Part shown: piece after piece, positions 59,785-64,000 of the stretch | Position numbering within the stretch: the first letter of the stretch is position 1 | Layout of the letters: the number at the start of each line of letters is the position of its first letter | Source of the DNA: Guillardia theta CCMP2712 | Lineage: Eukaryota; Protista; Cryptophyta | Direction: 5' to 3' | Assembly (NCBI RefSeq): GCF_000315625.1 | Contig: NW_005434663.1 | Span: 835,882 to 899,881, forward strand | DNA length: 64,000 nucleotides | Notes under the pieces: model-generated | What the model was told of the DNA's origin: nothing | The model's database searches: none | What the model saw: the letters and a program-made list of their open reading frames with translations, nothing else | Made by a program: the position numbers and the translations under genes

Positions 59785-62412
59785 ATGCCCAGGAAAAGAC
59801 CCAACATTACGACATCCTCGACCAGACTTGGCCAGGAGATATCGGGCGATGGCAGTGTCGAATGCCGACAAGCATCCCGAGCACCAGCGCATTGGCTCCC
59901 TCAGGGACTGAAAGCGCTGGATGATGGCAGAGGAATGACAAAGTCTCTGATAGGAACCTGCATCATCCTTGGGCTCCAACACTCCGAATCGATCGTGCCT
60001 CAAGCCGCTCACGACGTTTTCATGAAGAGATGGGTGCAGGTGGCGGCTGTCACTAAGGCCCGCTTTGACCTCGAACTCGTTCAGTGGCAACTTGGCATGT
60101 TCCTCATCTTCTTTCATATCTGCCTCCTGCAGTCCTTCCTTGCTGCTTTCCTCTGGGACGTAGTCCGGCGCTACAAGAGTCTGAACCAGATGATCTGTAT
60201 ATTGTATGTTGTTGTTGTCACATGTATTGTTTCTGTGCTGCTGCTGAGGGAGAGGCATTGCGTGTCGATCTCGTCTGGGTTGCTACATCAAGGGATCTCG
60301 TGCGTTGGTGGCGGAGTTGAGGGAAGGAGCAGCTTTGTCTATCACCTCCTCCTCTTCATCCTTCTCGTCTTCTGGAGAATCTCCGGCCCGATTTCCGGAA
60401 TCAGCTTCCTAGTTGCAATGATGTTTCTGAAGAAGAGCAGGACTGGCAGTCGAGATGCAGACGAAAGAAGCGCCATGCTGTGGAATGGGATAGTAGACTT
60501 TATCTGGAAGGTTTCGATGCTGGACGCCATTTTCATGCCAGTGCTGCTTCGAAACCTCCCCGGGGCCTCGGGAGTTCTTGTGGCTCTGTCGTCCATCATA
60601 CCTTACTGCACAGGGCTTGCAAGCTTGCAGATGAAGAGGAGGAGCTGCATGGATGGGTTCAATTGGTCGGTGTTGGTGGGCTGCTTGTCGTCTATGATGA
60701 TGATAATTGTTCTTTCGATCTTCTTCTCTTCGAAAAGCACCATGTTCGCGCTGCACCTTCACTCCTTCGTGATTGTTCCGCTGCTGTATGAGAGCACAAG
60801 TCTTGTTCTCTCTGGCCGTGATAGCAAAGAGATGGGCGGGGACAAGGATGGGATGGCAGAGGATGAAGTGATGAAGATTCACATTGCCTATGCCACGTCC
60901 GTGAGTCACGTCGAGTATCAGGTGGACGGGAAGAAGGGACTGCTGCACGTGCAGCCCCACCACAGGATTTCTTCCTCTCTCCTCCGCATTGAGAAGTTTC
61001 GTGTCAGCGGTCAGCGAGCGCAGGCGGGAAGTATCAGGTTGCGATGCAAGGGTAAGACCTGGAGCAAGTGGAGCAGGCGGTTGAGCTTGGAAGAGGTTGC
61101 GGACGTTGAGTTAGTGTGGGAGGGAGCGGCTGATGTGAGACGTGGGTCGAACAATCAAGAGAAGCAGGGGAAGGGTTGTGATGAGGGAGACGGGACGCGC
61201 GATGAAAAGTCGGCAGGAGAGCAACAGCAGCAGTTCGAGCTGTCGACCAGCGATGGATCGAAAGACTTTTCGTCGTCCACAGACGAGGCGGCAAGTGAGC
61301 AAGAGGAAAGCGAGGTTTCAAACCAGTTGCACCTTCAGCAGATGTCCAGCATACTGGGGGCGCATACAGTGGAGGAGCTTGCGAGTTTCAATGAAAAATT
61401 CGCGTCCTCAGATGTCTCTGGAGCACCCACTCGCCCGGTCAGTCACCAGAAGCATGAAGAAGAGGCAGATGATGGCCAAGATCAGAAGGCGGAGCCAGAC
61501 AAGGGCAAGGAGGTGAAGGCGGAAGATGAGATGGGCGATGAGCAGCAGCAACCAAAAGATGAAGTGGCGACACAAGGGAAGAGCAAGGCAGACGAGAAGC
61601 AAGTTGAAGTGGAGCAGGAGGAGAAACAGGACGATGACGATGACGATTACGATAACGAAGAGAAGGCAGACTCTCTGAAGGCGGTGAAGGAGTTCACCTC
61701 TCAACTTCTTCTAGGGGAGGACGAGGCTCGCTGGTCCCTGCTCAACAGGAAGGCGGAAAGTGCCCTGCTCGCCAGGCGGGAAGTGGAGGCCCTGAGAGAA
61801 CCGCGGAGCTCCTTCACGGAGGTCCAGCAGACTCCTTGTCCTCCGGCTCCCGTGCAGGAGAATTGGCTGAACCTCGACCAGGGCCCCGTTGCCCCCTCCA
61901 TCGCCGCCTCCTTCCTCCATTTCGACCCCAACTTCGGGCGCCCTCCTCTGTTCCACGGGGAAGAGCTCCTGGAGCTGAGCAACAGCTGCTTGCCTGGCGA
62001 CATCGACGAGGCGTTCATGGCGGAGGATCCCAACATCCTGAGCTTCCTCGCCGAGGCCTCGCCGCAGGAGGAAGGGGGGCGAGGCTTCTTCGCCTCCCTC
62101 GAGGATTCGCAGGACCCGCAGGTTGTGAGCGACGAGCCGGATTGGGATATGCCGGATGAGGAGGGAGACCTTGCGCAGCTTGCCATGGCCACAGCAGCTT
62201 CTTCTCACCTGTTCGAGCGCGTTCGCGAAGAGGGATCAGGACGAGGAGCAGGAAGGGGGGCAGGCCTAGGGGGTGCGGGTGGAGTAGGTGCGGGTGGAGC
62301 GCGGAGAGGGGGGAGAGGAGGGATGGGGAGGGGTAGAGCAGGGAGAGGGAGAGGAGGGAGAGGAGGCCGAGGGCTTGTTGGTAGACAATCTCTCTTAACA
62401 AGTAAAGAATAA
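59785..62412 (+). CDS. Intronless multi-pass membrane protein with acidic disordered region and RGG-rich C-terminus
   Basis: 875-aa ORF; several hydrophobic segments in aa ~100-340; IRLRCKGKTWSKWS; terminal GRGG repeats. Confidence 0.7.
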   Translation: MPRKRPNITTSSTRLGQEISGDGSVECRQASRAPAHWLPQGLKALDDGRGMTKSLIGTCIILGLQHSESIVPQAAHDVFMKRWVQVAAVTKARFDLELVQWQLGMFLIFFHICLLQSFLAAFLWDVVRRYKSLNQMICILYVVVVTCIVSVLLLRERHCVSISSGLLHQGISCVGGGVEGRSSFVYHLLLFILLVFWRISGPISGISFLVAMMFLKKSRTGSRDADERSAMLWNGIVDFIWKVSMLDAIFMPVLLRNLPGASGVLVALSSIIPYCTGLASLQMKRRSCMDGFNWSVLVGCLSSMMMIIVLSIFFSSKSTMFALHLHSFVIVPLLYESTSLVLSGRDSKEMGGDKDGMAEDEVMKIHIAYATSVSHVEYQVDGKKGLLHVQPHHRISSSLLRIEKFRVSGQRAQAGSIRLRCKGKTWSKWSRRLSLEEVADVELVWEGAADVRRGSNNQEKQGKGCDEGDGTRDEKSAGEQQQQFELSTSDGSKDFSSSTDEAASEQEESEVSNQLHLQQMSSILGAHTVEELASFNEKFASSDVSGAPTRPVSHQKHEEEADDGQDQKAEPDKGKEVKAEDEMGDEQQQPKDEVATQGKSKADEKQVEVEQEEKQDDDDDDYDNEEKADSLKAVKEFTSQLLLGEDEARWSLLNRKAESALLARREVEALREPRSSFTEVQQTPCPPAPVQENWLNLDQGPVAPSIAASFLHFDPNFGRPPLFHGEELLELSNSCLPGDIDEAFMAEDPNILSFLAEASPQEEGGRGFFASLEDSQDPQVVSDEPDWDMPDEEGDLAQLAMATAASSHLFERVREEGSGRGAGRGAGLGGAGGVGAGGARRGGRGGMGRGRAGRGRGGRGGRGLVGRQSLLTSKE

Positions 62413-62482
62413 AAATGTGAAGAACTAAATTACAAGTGGAGTCATAGCAACGGCTCATCTCCTCCTCCTCCTCCTCCTCCTC

Positions 62483-63556
62483 TCACTTGACCTTGACCCT
62501 AGAGCTGTCCGCACTCTTCGGGCTAGGACGGATCGAGCAAGTGTGTTTGTCATGGTCCAGCATCGCGCAAGGCAGCTACAGCAATTTCACGTCAGCACCT
62601 CCTCCACCTTCCCCTTCCTCTGCCCTGAAACCCTCCCTCTCCTCTTGACCTCTCCTCCTCCTCTTCCCGTACACTCCCTCTCCTCTCCCCTCACCACACT
62701 CTCTGTTCCTTTACTCCCTCCTCCCTGTTGCACCCTTCTCCCGCAACCCCCCCCGCGCCCCCCTGTTCCTCCTCCTCGCTTACCTTGCAGTATGTGAAGT
62801 GCCAGACGAGGTTCCAGTAGATGGTGGGATGCTTCAACTTCACGTACTCGCAGATCCCCCCGCTGCAGCCTTCCTGCATCCTTTCGTCCTCCTCGAAATG
62901 CCGGAACAGCGAGAAAAGTTCCTTTTGCACCACGATGGGGGACAAGCTCTCGCAGTAGATGGCCGAAGTGGAGGAAGGGGACGAGGAGCTGGAGGACGAA
63001 GCGAAAATTTTCATCCTCGCCACAAACCTCTTGTTGCAGTAAGCACAGCTGATGGTGTAGTCCTGGTCGTCCATGTTCCATCCACTCCTGATCTCTGCCT
63101 CCTCCACTGTGGAGCTGCACGATGGGCATTTGTCCCACACCTCGATTGCCACAGTCTGCAGCTCCGCCCTCTTGCTCACGCAGTCATGCAAGAGCAGCGG
63201 CGGCGCCTTGCGGGGAGAGCCATGCTTGTTCTTTCGCTTTTCCTGCTCTTGCCCGCCCTCAGCTTGCGTCGGAGGGTTCACGTCCTGTCGTGCCTCTTCG
63301 GTCGCCTTCCTATCGCTTTTTACTCGCTCCTCGCCTTCCCTTATCTTCATCCCTCGCACAGCATCCGACTCATTGTCCTCCACAGCTAGTAGCTTGCTCT
63401 GCGGGAGAGGAGCCTCCGTCTTTGAAGGATGAAATTTCTTGATGGATCCATCAAGTTCGATTCGCCGGGGAGGAAGAGGAGGAGGCCGACTGGGAGGAGG
63501 CGTTCGCCTCATCTCCTCGCTCGTCATCCCCCCGTGATTGGACCACTCTGCTGCTT

Positions 63557-63596
<40 letters not shown>

Positions 63597-64000
63597 AGCT
63601 CCTGCTCCTGCTCCCTCGTCATGCCTGTCCTCTATCGAAGGATTCATGTCAATGTTGGGGACCACATCTTGACTCCTCAAGAACAAGGGAGACGTGAAGT
63701 CATTCTGATCCGCACAAACGTCTCCGATGCTCCTTCTTCTCCTTTTCTCGATCTCATTCCCGCTGACCTTCTGCAGCCCGTGCTCTCCTCCACTACTCCT
63801 CCTCCTCTGTTGTCCTTTCACGAGATCTGGAGGAGAAGCTGTATGCTCCAAGGAGACGGCCACTGCCTGGTCCGCTGCGTCAACGAGCGAGGTTTCAACT
63901 TTGGCAAGGATCGACGAGCCCTCAGTCTCCTGCTGCCTCAGCCCTGCTACGACGTCACATCGGATACCTCCACACCTCCTGCTCTTCTTCTGACCTGTAT
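62483..64000 (-). CDS. 3' part of a DENND4/CRAG-like (Rab GEF family) protein
   Basis: CPSC...EEAEIRSGWNMDDQDYTISCAYCNKRF, LSPIVVQKEL, HPTIYWNLVWHF, then last exon LPCAML..*; matches the DENND4 C-terminal pattern. Confidence 0.75.

Overview
Gene-dense nuclear DNA of a eukaryote, most likely a cryptophyte alga of the Guillardia/Hanusia type (inference). The evidence is many ~45-60 nt GT-AG introns, bipartite signal-peptide + 'A/S-F' plastid leaders, and abundant AGG/GGAGCA microsatellites. About 26 protein-coding loci can be supported. Probable plastid proteins: a DUF1350 hydrolase, a helicase-associated (HA) repeat protein, an NDC1-type NAD(P)H dehydrogenase, a small orphan protein and a bestrophin. 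Other loci: Vma12/TMEM199, a GT2 glycosyltransferase, a TPR-like protein, CUB and Sushi surface proteins, an RsmB/NOP2 m5C methyltransferase, RIO1, an RCC1-repeat protein, TCP11, MYND-SET and the 3' end of a DENND4-like gene. There is one 100-N assembly gap, and no tRNA, rRNA, CRISPR or intact transposon was seen. Main observations: (1) RIO1 and a second gene carry signal-peptide + ubiquitin-like (L)RLRGG/LRGG leaders, suggesting periplastid/nucleomorph targeting; (2) a ~5.7 kb head-to-head inverted duplication of TCP11 whose left copy is remodelled by in-frame template switches, a foreign 840 bp replacement and tiny fold-back insertions; (3) two unusual kinds of intergenic sequence, GGGGTA/TACCCC-rich tracts near gene 5' ends and islands packed with short palindromes; (4) an intronless HTH + AT-hook protein resembling the HNH-endonuclease-associated HTH. 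Exon boundaries were read by eye and several gene ends are approximate.
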